Shown piece after piece: positions 25,540 through 39,333 of a stretch of 64,000 nt of DNA. The DNA is from Lama guanicoe (lineage: Eukaryota). The notes beneath the pieces were generated by a model. The model ran no database searches and was not told the DNA's origin. It worked only from the letters and a program-made list of their open reading frames with translations. Positions within the stretch are counted from its first letter, which is position 1. Each line of letters opens with the position of its first letter. The stretch lies in the NCBI GenBank assembly GCA_013239625.1, contig MU053810.1:2863518-2927517 (forward strand), written 5' to 3'. The position numbers were made by a program, and so were the translations under genes.

Positions 25540-28500
25540 CTACAGCAACAAATATAATATTCATGGGGAGTTTAAAATAAAAACCAAAAAAAAACCTTTA
25601 GTTTTTACCTAAACTTAAAAAGAGGAAAGAGAAAAGAATTTCTCCAAAATAGATAACATTTATGTAGATTATCAGCATTACAATGGCCTATAAATCAAAA
25701 CACTATGTAGGTCCAGTCACAGACAACCTTCGGGAAGGTAGACAGTAATATACTGTGGATACCAGGCCTTGTGTTTTCGCAGCACCCCAGTGATGTGAGT
25801 CCTGGAACGAAATCTAAACTGCAGGAGTCATACAGTCAGGCCTCCCTCCATCCCAGGCTGCAGCCAGACCCCACCATGTAAGTAAGTCAGCAACAAAAGG
25901 AGGCATCTCAATGGGAGAAAGCCAAGATAAGAGCTCTGTTTGCTACTATGAATTACATATTAATTGAATCAAATTCAGGATAAATTTTCTAGTCAGTGCT
26001 TTTGTTTCTACCCTTGTACAAGAGTTCAAGGTTGAAATATTTATTATTTAATCAAAGTCTTTTAATGGCATAAAAGCCTATAAAATGAACGCCTTTTAAT
26101 TTTATGTTGCTCACATTCCTTTAGAGAATAAAGAATTCCCAAATTAGAAGACAATGTGGAAACAACCAATTTCTCAATAAAACTATTTATTTGTAAACAT
26201 TTAAGTGGCAATTTCCTCATTTTTTTGGCTCCGCTGGAAGGAAGAACATAACTAAGAACAGCCTTCCTAGTAATGCATTTTGAATCAGCTTTCTTTAGAA
26301 TAAAATTTCAACAAAATTTAAATTTACCCCTCAGTTACTGAGACAAATATTTTTAAGGTTAAAAATCAGGAGTAACATTTATGATTGTAAAACTCAAAAC
26401 CATGACACACAAACACTATGTTCAAAACACACAACCTGTTAATCTTGGGTTGAACACAACTCATTAAATATTCTAATCACACTGTTTCCAGAATTAAATT
26501 TTCACTGAAAGGCCTAATTTGGTGCAACACATTGACCAAAATATTTTAATTAAAAATATTCTGAGTTAGTCGCAGGCCTAATTACAGGAATAGAAATAGG
26601 GCCTATATTGTCAGGCAGGTCAGCAGAACTCAGTAGTAGGTTTTTCTCAAGTAAATTGACCGATCTAGGAATAATAGCGCAGCTGCTAAACTGCCAGTCT
26701 TGACATGTAAATCAATTTAAATGCAACAACTGCAGTAGCTACTTTGATAGTTATTAAATTGATACCTTGGAGATATGCTTAAAAAAATACAGCAGAGGAT
26801 TTATTACAGGCAACTTCTTTTCTCAGTAAAAAAAAATATTGGTTATAAATTTAAAAAATACTTTATTAGAAAATCTGACTTTCAGGATTAACTCAGATTA
26901 ATAATAGTCAGAATAACCAATGCTCAAAGCAAAGGACATGAGTGGTACTAAACTCTTAAGGGCAAATTGTATAGTATGTAAGAAATCTGCAAATTAAAAT
27001 ATGGTTGTATAGTAGCTGGACCAAAGCTTGATGTTAAATTTTTTTTCAATATTTATATAGCAATTCTTGAACACTATTATCAAGCTATAACAACATGATT
27101 TCATCAAATCTATTATTCCTGTCCTAGAAAATTTACATTCAACTTTATCTCTGTAAAAAGTGACTCATTTTAAATTACAAGTGGATTGGCAAAAAGGCTT
27201 CAGGTGGTATAATGGAAGATTACAACATTTGAATGAAGTCCAGTGAAGTCCTGAGTTTATTCTAAATCTACATTCTACTTCAGATTTGTTGAGGGCAAAA
27301 AGGGAGAATATAAAAATAAGTATTTTCAGCTAATCTCCCCCATGAAATAACTTCAAGTAAAAAGTGTGGCTAATTAAATAAAGACCATCTAAGAAAGAAG
27401 CGACAATTCCCTAAGAGCATTACTAAGTGTTAAATTTGTTTTAGATCTTAAGTGTATTGGAAGAATACCCAGCTGAACTCATAGCTATGAATCTCATATC
27501 AAATAATTTTATCACCATCATTGTTGAAATGCTATGTATCTGTTAACAGCTACTATTTTCTACCCAACATATAAATTGTATTTAGTGCACAGCTAAATTC
27601 AAGACAGCAAAACCTCATGCACTGAACACATTAAACAAGACTAGATATTTGCTAGGCTGTCTGCCGCTCTGTAAACAACAGTCTCCGAGGATTAAGCTTA
27701 GAATCAATGCTCTATTGATTTTACTATCAATGAACATTATGGCGCACACGGCTGGCCATTTTAAGGGAAGATAGCTTCTATTATAGTTCACTTTTTAGAA
27801 TATATGCTGTTAAAAGATAAATCACTGCTTTCCTGAAATACTGAAAAAAATAAAGATATTTCTTAAAATATACACAGAAACCATATTCATAAGTTATTTG
27901 AGGAAAAAAATGTGTTGACAACACATAAAATTTAAGATAATCACTATGTTATGCTTTTTCTATATATAACCCTTAACACTTAGAAAAATTAAGCCCAAAC
28001 TACTCTCAACAGTCTGTTAAAACCAGATTAAGAATGTATATATGTATCAACATATATAAGAAAATGCAAAAGTAAATTTCTACAATGAGAATATCACTAA
28101 GGTAAAAAAATCATATGGAACTATAAATAAAGGCCTTATCCTAGAGATTAAAGTATTCTACACATTTCTACATATGGTCTAATACATGTTTACTTCATTT
28201 GATTTTCTTAAAATGTACATGCTGAACATAATAATGGTTACATAATCATTAGTGAGTTATATAATCTGTAATTCATCAAATATATTTAGCCAATAAATAA
28301 ATCTAAAAATGTTTAAATTACAAGGAAAAATTCATGTAAATTAAAATTAGCATGCTTTGCAATATAAAATAGTAGCTATGAAATTAAAATAGAAAACATG
28401 TACATTATGAAAATGACTTTTGAAATAATTTCTAGCATTGAAATAATTCTAGCATTTGCCTAAACTGTGAATCTCCCATTGTAAAAAGTTTGAATTTTTA

Positions 28501-29266
28501 GATTAAAGAATAATAACGTCTATTTAGATCACATTTTGAATCTTAGAGTAAAAACTGTACAAAGACCATTAACAGGAAACAAGTCTAAATTAATTGATCT
28601 TACTCCCCCTTATAAAATATGTATATATATGCCAAAAATTGTGGTACACAGCACTTTACATATTGTATATAATAAGTGTCTTATAATATTGCCTAATTAG
28701 GGAAGGTACTAAGGTAGATTTCATATTCTCAGATTAATATTTATTTTTATTCAAACACATTTGTAATCAAATTTACAATAAGGAGGTAGTAGATTTGTAA
28801 AAGTTTAGCAGATTGAGGCTGCGATAACTATACTTTTCATTGGATTTGTAAATAAAACATGACTTTACTTAGTAAACTAAAAAAACACTTTTAGCTTTTT
28901 ACAAATACAGTACCATAAAACAGACAAAATTTTTTTTAAGTTGTATAAGCAGGTTAGCAAAAGAATACTGGTTAAAATTGTATAATAGATTTTAAATGAA
29001 AGTAAATATCCTAAAATTACTTAAGCACAATCTAGTGTGTATTTGAAGTGATTAGTATCTACTCAGAACTTTATCCCATCTAATACTCAGGGCACTTGTA
29101 TAGAAATTTATGTGGGAACACAGCTGAGCTGCTAGTTCCTAAAGTAAGCAAGTTACCTAAGGAGTTTAGAAAAGGCTTCTATGCTAGACTTCCTTACGCC
29201 AACCAGGAACTTATTTCATGCTATCATCTATGCCTTTGGGAGGCAAAAATGGCTTAAAAATTTATT

Positions 29267-29805
29267 CACAATTGCACTCCTAGGAATCTACCCGAGAAAT
29301 AAAAAACATCTGTTCAGAGACTTTTATGTGAATATTCACAGCAGCATTGTTCATTATAGCCAAAAGGTGGAAACGACCTAAAGGTCTATCAGTTGGTGAA
29401 TGGATAAACATCAGTGGTGTGTGGAATACTATTTAGCAGTTAAAAAGAATGGACTACTAGTATATGTTATCATATGCATGTACCTCAGAAACATTATGAT
29501 AATAGAAGGAAGCCAGATGCAAAAGATTATATATATTAGATGATTTCATTAATATGAAATGTACAGAAAAGCAAATTTACAGACACAGAAAGGAGATCAG
29601 TGATTGCCTAGGGGTGGGATCAGAGTGGGAAGTGCCTGCAAAACAGGCTTAAGGGAATGTTTTGAGGTGACAGAAATGTTCTAAAACTGGATTGTGGTGG
29701 TTTGTACAACTCTGTAAATTTACTAAAAATCATGAACTGTACACTGAAAATAGGTAACTTCTATGGTAGGCAAACTATACCTAAGTAAGTCTGCTTTAAA
29801 AAATA
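29267..29805 (+). mobile_element. L1MB7/8-type 3' end
   Basis: caattgcactcctaggaatctaccc...gaggtgacagaaatgttctaaaactggattgtggtg...gtaaatttactaaaaatcatgaactgtacact. Confidence 0.88.
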
Positions 29806-31052
29806 AAATTTTGCCTATTCCTTAAAAAAAAAAAGTAGAATTACCCAGTTTGTTATTTCATCAATTTTACTGCTATTCCCTTTCTACCACAAAAAATTTT
29901 AATGCACCTGATTTCAGTGAAAATATAATTATTTGTAAATGAAATAAGCAGATAAACACGTCTATCACAATTTTCCAAAATGCAAATTCCTGGAAGGTTA
30001 CACATTTAAAAGCATTTATTTAATGAATATTTATAATAAATAATTATGATACCAAAGAGCACTTTTTAATATCAGTATAAGACAGTCTTCTTTCAGAAGG
30101 TAAAACTGACTATGCTTTTTTTTTTTGTCCCTAAAGGAATTACAAACATTAGGTAATTGTCTGTAGAGGTGCATTTCTCCTATATGTTTAAATACTCATA
30201 GGTCACCTGGCCTCAGGCACAAGCTTTAAGAGGAGTGATTCTCAGCTTGATTAGTTAAGACTTTTGCCTCAAGGAAAACCAGTTACCAAAGAGTTACTTG
30301 TGCCTCAAGGGATATAAATACTCAGCTGTTTGTGTAACTGTCAGATCCATTTTTTTTCTACTAACACTAAAACGCAAAGGGAACTAATCCTAAAAAGAAA
30401 ATGTGAGATGAGTCTATGTTAATGAAGAAACAATTTATACAAGATAAGTGATTTGTTCTGAAAAGATAGAAATAATTTCGGTAATTGAAAGAAATTGTTA
30501 CAAAGTTTACTGACTTAAAGTAACAACAAACAAAAAGGCAAAATCTGATGCCAAAGATGTAGGCAGACTAAATAAAGCTACACATTCTTGATGTGTGAAA
30601 CAAAACTAGGGGCTCAGTGAGAGAAACCAACTAGAAAATATGCACAGAATGACCAACACTTCTTTCAACACACTTCTAGGACTCTTTCAACACTATGGAT
30701 TATCTCAAACCAGAGGAATGTCTGCTATGGTATCTGGACCAATGCCAGCCCTTGTTATAAAGCAAAGAACACTTCAAGAGAATATCCTGAGTCCTTGCTT
30801 TGCAATCTGACAAACTGAGGTATTCAAGTTAAAGGGTTAAGATGAGAACCAAGAGTGGTCGCTAACATTTCAGCATATAGGAAAATTCCAGATCATACAT
30901 TTGAAGAGATTCAGAGTGTCACGATGCATAATTTTGGGAGTTCTCTTTAAGATTTATTAGCCTCCATAGAGAGATACAGATATATAGGCTGGCTTTACCT
31001 TAAAATCTCAAATACTTCCTTTTTTCTTTAAAGGCACACTTTTACTGTAGAG

Positions 31053-31303
31053 CAGTATTTTCAAACTGCAGATTGTAGCCCACTAGTGTCTCATGAAATC
31101 AATTTAGTGGACCACAATCAGCACTGTTTTTAAAAAGGAAAGAGTCGTCTAGACTAGCCTGGAACAGAAAATGTCAGTCTGTTTCACACACGCTAAGAAG
31201 TGTTATGTAAAATTTTTGTTTCAGTTGTGTGTGTGTGTGTCCTCAAGTATGACGCAAAATGTATTTTTAACTATGGGTCTGACTTAAAAAACTCTGAAAC
31301 CTG
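31053..31303. mobile_element. Non-autonomous hAT-Charlie-type DNA transposon fossil
   Basis: Starts cagtattttcaaactgcag...catgaaatcaatttagtgg; ends ...ctatgggtc...ctctgaaacc. Confidence 0.65.
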
Positions 31304-32034
31304 TCCCAGTCGTGTCCACATTCCACACATTCTGAAGAACAGAGGAAAGAGGTCTCTCCACAATGTCCCCTTAAGTCTCTAGCATATAAACCACGGTATA
31401 AACATGACTGCTCTTCTGAAAGGCCCAGAGAAATCACGAGTGAGGGGTTTGCCTCCTCTCTGACGTTTAACCCTAAATGCCGACTCACTGGAGCAGAGTA
31501 AGGGGAGAGAGGCAAAAGAAATAGAAAAAAGCAAGTATTTTTCTTCTACTCGTGTTTTCTACAGACTTAACATAAGTCTGTTCTTCCACTCCCAGATTGG
31601 GTTTATTATTTTGAGAGTGAGGAAACACCAAGCGTGAATATTATTAACTGCCTAATTCTAAAACATTTAAGAAATAGAGGGGAGAATAAGGCCCCCAAGC
31701 ACAGATAGGAGCAATTACTGATATCTCAAAAATGAATAGGCATTTGTTTGAAGTCAAGTGGTATTTGTATTTCCCAAGGCATAGATACTCATGTTAAAAA
31801 TCTTATCTAATGAAGAGCCATGATCCTGAAGTCTAGAAGTACTGAATTAACCTAGAGATTATTGTCAACAGAAATTAACTCTGCCCTAAAGATACATTTT
31901 AAAAACAATGCATTTCTTGGAAGGAACGAAAATAAAATACTAACTTATAATAAATAAATGTTTAATGAGACAATCCTTTATAAACTAAGACATCAAAGTA
32001 TAACATCTTAATTTAAAAGCAGGTGAACACTCAC

Positions 32035-32081
32035 CTCTGCCTTCGTTCATCATCCTTTAAAACTTCATAAATGGCCACCAA
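32035..32081 (-). CDS. DNAJC1: DNAJC1 exon 3 (47 nt, phase 0-2), J-domain helix III/IV
   Basis: LVAIYEVLKDDERRQ(R); acceptor TTTTAG|TTG, donor GAG|GTGAGT; in frame with exon 2. Confidence 0.97.
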
Positions 32082-32584
32082 CTAAAATAGAAGCATTACT
32101 TTAAAATAAAAATACTCTCAACTATAAGAAATCACTTAGGAAGATAAACACACTATAATGCACATGCCAAAAAACCCTCTGTGCTCATATACACAATGAA
32201 CAGATAAGGTCTTAATTGTAAGTTAACGTTTTATGGTTTCGGTAGCAACTTAAGAGGTTAAAAAATGCTTGAAACTAAAATAAATCTGTGTGAAAGATGC
32301 ACAAAGTCATAATTATTATCTTAACATGTGCTTTTTAAAAACCAAAATTGTAATTTAGACCAGAAAATTATGACAATTATGACTCTCCAAGAATTTAGAT
32401 TCTAATATAAAAAATGTTGGTAAAGACATATTTTGTAAAAAATTGAATAAACATATATACATTGTATTTCTAAACTACAATCATACTTCAAATGAAATTC
32501 TACATATAGGTTACTATTTCTACCATAAACATTTATTTATAAATTTATCACAAAATATATATAATAACAGCATATTTCACTTAC

Positions 32585-32686
32585 TTGTCTAAACTGAGTT
32601 TCTGCATTTTCATCTTTATTCTTGTCTGGATGCAAAGTTAGTGAAAGCTTACGATACGCTTTTCTAATGTCTGCAGATGAAGCATC
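32585..32686 (-). CDS. DNAJC1: DNAJC1 exon 2 (102 nt, phase 0-0), J-domain core with HPD motif
   Basis: Translates [34 protein letters not shown]; acceptor CCTCCAG|GAT, donor CAA|GTAAGT; matches recalled DNAJC1 protein. Confidence 0.97.
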
Positions 32687-34683
32687 CTGGAGGTGGGGGG
32701 GAGGGGAAATACACAAAGCAAACTTTGTCAGAAAAAGAAATTCCCAGAACCTTGTTAAGATCTGAGAAGACAGCCAACCAAGTGCAGGACCCCAGGCAAT
32801 GTAATTTGAGCAATCAGTCTAACAACCAGGCTATGCAACTAGCTTGACCCACATGACTGAACAATTATTCAATCTAATTTGGCTCTCCTCTTAACTTTTC
32901 ATTACCATACATTCATTTAAAGAAGACAGTATTTGGCAAAACTTTCCAAACACTTGCCTTCCTAAAATTAACCAATAAATCTTTTTCAGTAATTAGGAGA
33001 TCAAAAAGAAACAAATTAAAAATTAATACATCCATGCGCCTTCAAAGAAGGTCTTTATTTATTTGAGAATCTTAAAGCCAATTTCTGAATCCAGGCTTAC
33101 CATATGTGGTTTCTTCATTGTTATTTATATTGAATTTACCAGGGAGAAACAACCTATGGAATCTCAGTTTCACATGTCAAAAAGTATGCCTATTTGTAGG
33201 CAGTTAAATTTGTGTTTATCAAAAATAATTATTAGAAATAAGTATATTGTCCTTTTTTAAAAAAAGTACTTTAAAGAGTATTTTCAGTGGTGTCCAGTTT
33301 CCACAGTCTGGTTTGCATAAATAAATCTGCCCCCTATTTATGCATTACTAACATAGTTTAAATACATTTAAAAGGTCATGGTAGTTGTTTAAGAGTACTT
33401 CAGATTAGGCAGATGTTAAAATTGCATTTTAGGTAATCCTGTGCATACAGGTAAACTCTGAGAACATCATTTTACATGGCCAGTATAAAATACATGACAA
33501 TAACAAAGAACACAATGTTAAGTTAGGTATAAAACTTGATTCCACTAAGTTTAAAATTTAATCCAATAACTGACATAATTAAGTGGGGCACAATGATAAT
33601 AAAGTTGCTTATTAAATTTTATCTTGTTCTAATAGCTGAATATTTATCCAATTAATTCTTTAAACTACTTTAAACTAAAAATTTCAAATGACTAAAAAAC
33701 AAACAAACAAAAGTCTGTACCTGGGACTAAATAGCTGTTAAAGAAATACAGCTGGAGAGAGACAAAGTGATCTATAATTAGTCTGTCAAGCTCTCTTTTA
33801 TAAACCATTACTTTCATTACCAATTTTCTGGGGCTTGTTGCTCCAGGCCACCATTCTACTTTAAAGTTTCAACTTAGGTGTGAATATTTTCCTGACTTGT
33901 GGAGGGCTGAGGAGCTATAAAATTAGCAGAGTAAGTTTTGCAAGTAATATGGTTATAATTTTCATTCTAATTTGCTAAATGGAGTTGATATGTTCCTTAA
34001 ATGACAGGTAACATGTAGAAAAGGATGATTATTTACTGAAACTCTGTGATGGAGATTTTGTTGAGCAAAGAGGTCAAGTGTCAAATGAATATTCATCCTC
34101 TAATTGGGACTTGAATTTTAGATTTTATTAAATAGGGACTATATCATAGAGAAACTCCAGAAGCAGGTTTCTTACAAAATAAGAGCTTTATGTATTTGCT
34201 TATATAACAAAATTAATACATGCTCATTATGGAACATCTATGACTTACTTAAAAATGACTAACGGTCACCTAAGACATTTCCCTTCTTCCAGTGTTGCCA
34301 AGCTGACCCCAGTCCTCCATTTTTTTCTGCCACAGTGTAGACTCTAAATGTAAATGTGGCCAGATGGCTCTCCTATTTCAAACCCTTCAGTAACTCCCAA
34401 ATATCTTCAACATCTATCTTTTCCAATCTTTTTGCTTCACAGCCCACTATTTTGGCCCATCCTCCTGGTTCCCCAAATCATCACACAATAGGATGCTGTT
34501 CCCCAACCTCATGTTTTCACTTTGCATCCAGCTGTAGGTACAGCTCTCTCCTGACTTAGGAATGGGTCTCTCAGGCTACATACAAATATTACCTGACTAT
34601 CTTCCTCTTGAGAATCTGCCCAGTAGGTTTATTTTACCAATAAGCATCTCCTAAGTGGACAGAACTGAAAAACTCAGAGATTT

Positions 34684-34830
34684 CTAGTGGTAGAGCGCAT
34701 GCTTAGCATGCAGAAGGTCCTGGGTTCAATCCCCAGTATCTCCTCTAAAAGTGAATAAATAAATAAACAAACAGACAAACAAACAAACATAATTACCTGC
34801 CTCCCCCAAAGCCTAAAAAACAAAACAAAA
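34684..34830 (+). mobile_element. Camelid vic-1-like tRNA-derived SINE, 5'-truncated
   Basis: agtggtagagcgcatgcttagcatgcagaaggtcctgggttcaatccccagtatctcc, (aaat/aaac)n, taattacct, A-rich tail. Confidence 0.85.
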
Positions 34831-34919
34831 ACCTACACGTTCTAGACAAGATGCACCTCAAATTTGTGTTATGTATTAAATTTAGTTAATTACTTAATGA
34901 ACCTTAGCTTATTTTACAC

Positions 34920-35050
34920 TCATAACAAAGCTATGGGATAAGTAAAATGGGCTTGCTAAACTTATGTGTTAAGTGAGGCAGAGAGGTTAAGTAATTTGCT
35001 CAAATTCATACTGTTGGACAATATATGGAAACAGAATTCAAACCCAGAAA
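34920..35050 (-). mobile_element. MIR SINE fragment
   Basis: aagtgaggcagagaggttaagtaatttgctcaa...agaattcaaaccca. Confidence 0.7.
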
Positions 35051-37312
35051 GTGTTGCATCAGAATTAAGGTGGTTCTTTACATTTAGTTAGTAGATTTGG
35101 GCTGAGTCACTTCACAGGGGCTACAGCTTTGGGGAAGGCAGTGGGAACAACTGCTACAATCCTACTGATCTGATAAACTATAAGGAAAACATCCACATAA
35201 CTACAAAATAAATATAGTAAATTGTGGTTTTAAAGGTAAAGACTCTGAAATATGTTGACTTTTTTTAAGCACATTTAATATCATATTTCCACTAGACACC
35301 TGAATGCTAGAACATTAATCTCCCATACTCAGTTAATGACCTTTTATCTCTCTGACTTGCAGAGAAAAATAATTTTTTTTACAGGACTGTGGGTGAACTG
35401 GTGAATCTTTAACACGGTTGACATCAGATCTACAGGGTTCAATTGCCAGAATTCTTTTCCTCTTAAATGTGATATGGTTCTGTGGCAAACTGGACACAAA
35501 TTATCTTAATACGTGAATGACTTCTGTAAATAAGAGGAATATGGTCATTCTCAAAAAATATGGAAGTAATATGTTTGTCAAAATTAAAGAATGTGCTGAA
35601 ACATCAATGAAAATGGCAGAGTAGGGAAGTCCAATGGTCAACAAATTACCTGGCAAAAATTGTCAGAATCAACCTTATCTGAACTCTGCAAACTAGTCAA
35701 AGGATTCCAGCAATCACTCAGGCACTTAGTCAAGAAAAAGGTTGCTAATTTTCAGTTAAGGGTCTTGAAGATGCCAATGTAAGTTATTGGTTTGGGTTCC
35801 TAGTGCTAGAGTGGGCAAAGTGGACTTTGTTCTCAAACAACTGTGGTTGCTTGTTTTGGCCTGTCTTTTGATTCCCTGACAGACTGTGTAAAGAGCTTAC
35901 CTTTATTTTACCAAACTCAGATCTCTCCCAGGGCAGAGAGGCAACTATTCAGGACATTTGTCAAAGACATTTAAAGTCAAATTTATTAGCTGGTGCCAGA
36001 TGAGGCAAGGGATGGCAGCTGGGGCATACAACAGACACATCAGAAAGCTGCGGAGGACAGACCTGGAAGTGAGCTGCTTTGGGGAATGTTGGATCTGAAA
36101 AGCTCCCACATATTCCTTGGAAACCAGAAGACCAACGTGTACATGCCCAAGGTGGAATACATACTCACAAAGACCTGAGAAAGGCCTATGTTCTCACTTC
36201 TGGCTGAGCTTTAGGCTGTAAATAAGCAGAAAGTAAACTCGAAGGGAGAGTTGTAAACTGCCTAGCTGAGTACTGAAGGCATGCTTCAACATACACTGAA
36301 CTCACTGCCAAAGATTTTTAGGTTTTTTTTCCCCCCTTGTTCTAAACCTTTAAGGAAATCTCTTCTGAATCATTAGCTGACCCCTAAGGTAATCAAGAGA
36401 TGTCAGTGGCCACACATGGCAAAAGTTAGTTCAGAAAAAGCACTAGACAAACACCTAACCACAAGCAGCAAAACAAACAACCTTGGTAAGGTGAAAGAAT
36501 CTAATTACCACATTGTATATGCAAAACACCTAGTATTCATTAAAAATTATGAAGGATGCAAAGAAGGAAGTATGGCCTACGAACATAGAAAAGAAGAATA
36601 GAAACTGTCCCTGACGAAGACAGACACTGGACATACTAAAGAAAGAATAACTGTTTCAGATATGCTCAAGACCATGTACTAAAGCTAAAGGAAAGAGCAA
36701 GAATGATGTCTCGCCAAACTGAGGATATCAACAGAGTCAGAAAAATTTAAAAAGAACCAAAGCATAATTCTGGACTTGAAAAATGAAGTAACTGAAACAA
36801 AAAATTCACTAGAGGGGCTCAAAAACAGATTTGAGCAGGCAGAAGAAAGAATCTTGAAGACAGGTCAACTGAGATGACTCAATACAAGGAGCAGAAAGAA
36901 GAAAAAAGGAAGAAAAATTAACAAAACTTAAGAGACCTGCAGGACACTATCAAGTGTACCAACATACACATAGTAAGAGTCCAAGAGGGAGAAGACAGAA
37001 AAGGACAAAGAAAAAAAAAAAGCGAAAAAAAGGAAGAAAAATATATATATCAAAGAAACTCAACAAATTGTAAGTAGGATTAATGCAAAGAAATCCACAC
37101 ATAGAAACATTATAATCAAATTGTTCAAAGACAAAGAATTCTGAAAATAGCAGACAGAAGTGAGTCATTATGTACAAGGAATTCTCAGTAACATTAACTG
37201 CTAGTTTCTCATCAGAAACCATGGAGGCCAGAAGTTAATGTAATGACATATTCAAAGTTACATGATTGAAAAGATAACTACTAAAACAATAATTATAAAT
37301 TTACATCTTAAA

Positions 37313-37564
37313 TTTATGGTTACCAAAGGGAAAGGGTGGGGGAGAGATAAATTAGCTTGTGATTTGCTGATACTAACTACTATATATAAAATAGACAAAC
37401 AACAAGGACCCACTATATAGCACAGAGAACTATATTCAATAGCTTGTAATAAACCATAATGGAAAAGAATATGAAATTGTATATATGTATAAGTGAATGA
37501 TTATGCTGTATACCAGAAACTAGCACAATATTGTAAATCAAATATATGTCAATTAAAAAAGGAA
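37313..37564 (+). mobile_element. Cetartiodactyl-type L1 3' UTR fragment nested in older L1
   Basis: ttatggttaccaaaggg...aacaacaaggacccactatatagcacagagaactatattcaat; degenerate 18-bp TSD ataaattta(cat/tgc)cttaaa at 37295-37312 and 37565-37582. Confidence 0.85.
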
Positions 37565-39333
37565 ATAAATTTATGCCTTAAAACAATAATATAGATGTAC
37601 GTCTATGCACATACATGTATAAAGATGTAATATGTGACAATGACTATAGTTTTGTTTCCCTTCCTTATATAAAGGGGCCAAATTTTTTATATGATCAAAA
37701 CTAAATTGGTAGTAATTCAAATTAGAGTGCTATAAATTAAGATGTTAACTGTAATCTCCATGGCAAACACTAAGAAGATAAAGATCTATTGTAAAATAAG
37801 CAAAATAGTACACTAAGAATACAATGAATTGTATGCCAAACAATTAGGAAACCCAGACAAAACAAATTCCTGGGAACACACAAACTGACTCATGAATAAA
37901 CAGAAAAAGTGAATAGATCTACAACTAGTAAAGAGATTGACCAGTTAATAAAAACCAAAAAACCCAAAAAAGTACAAGGTCTTAAAAAGAAAAGCCCCAA
38001 ACCTCAAAACTTTCAGTAGTGAATTTTGTCAAACATTTGAAGAAATCGCCAGTCCTCTTTAAACTCTTGCAAAATACAGAGGAAGAAATGCTAACTCATT
38101 ATATGGAGCCCTGATACCAAAACCAAATACCTTAAAAAAAAAAATATATATATATAGACCAATAACGCTTATGAATATAGATGCAAAATTCCTCAGCAAA
38201 CGTCTACTAAACCAAACCCAGCAGCATATAAAAAGGACCACATACCATGACCAAGTGAGATTTATCCTATAAAGGGTGGTTCAGTTTATCAAAATCAATC
38301 AATATAATACACTGTATTAATAAAATGAAAAACAAAAACCACATAATCACCTCCATTGATGCAGAAAAAGCATACCCACCACCTTTTGATAACAAAACAC
38401 TAAACAGACTAGGACTAGAAGGAAACGTCCCCAAGTTGATAAAAGGCAACTATGAAAAATGCATAGTTAATTGCATACTTAATGGTCAAAGTCTGAAAGC
38501 TTACCCCAAGATTAGAAATAAGAGGGATATCTGTTCTAGCCTGAGCAATTAGTTAAGAAAAAGAAATAAAGTATCCAAATCAGAGTGGAAGAATTAATAC
38601 TATCTCTATTCACAGATGACATAATCCTATACATGGAAAATCCTACAGCATCACAGAACAAGTATTAGAGCTAATAAATGAATTCTAAGTTGTAAGATAT
38701 AAGATCAATATATAATGATCAGCTGTATTTCTACATATTACCTATTAAAAATCCAAAATTGAAATTACAAAAACAAATCCTTGACAATAGCATCAAAATG
38801 AGTAAAACACATTAGAATAAGTTTAACAAAAGAAGTATAACACTTATACACTGTGAACTATAAAACACTGCTGAAAGAAATGAAAGAAGATCTTAATAAG
38901 TGGAGAGACATTCACGTTCATGGATTGGAGGACTTAATAGTGTTAAAATGGCAATAATTCCCAAGTTGCTCTACAAATTCAATGCAATCTCTATCAAAAT
39001 CCCACCCAGCATTTTGGAGAAATCTACACACTTATCCTAAAATTCATAGGGACCAGGGACTCAGAATAGCTATAATACCTTGAAAACAAATAAAGTTGGA
39101 GGATTCACATTTCCTGACTTCAAAACTTACTACAAAGCTACAGTCATCAGGGCAGTGTAGTCATGGCATAAGGATACATATATAGCTCCATATAAGAATT
39201 AAGACTCCAGAAATAAAGCTATTCATCTATGGTCAATTGATTTTAATTGAGGGTGCCAAGCTCATTCAATAGAGAAAGAATAGTCTTTTCAACAAACGAT
39301 GTGGAGACAACTGGATATCCACATGCAAAAAAC

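Noticed and set aside
34684..34745. tRNA-like sequence (also near 46915-46988 and 56148-56221)
   Set aside because: These are SINE heads with A-rich tails, not tRNA genes.
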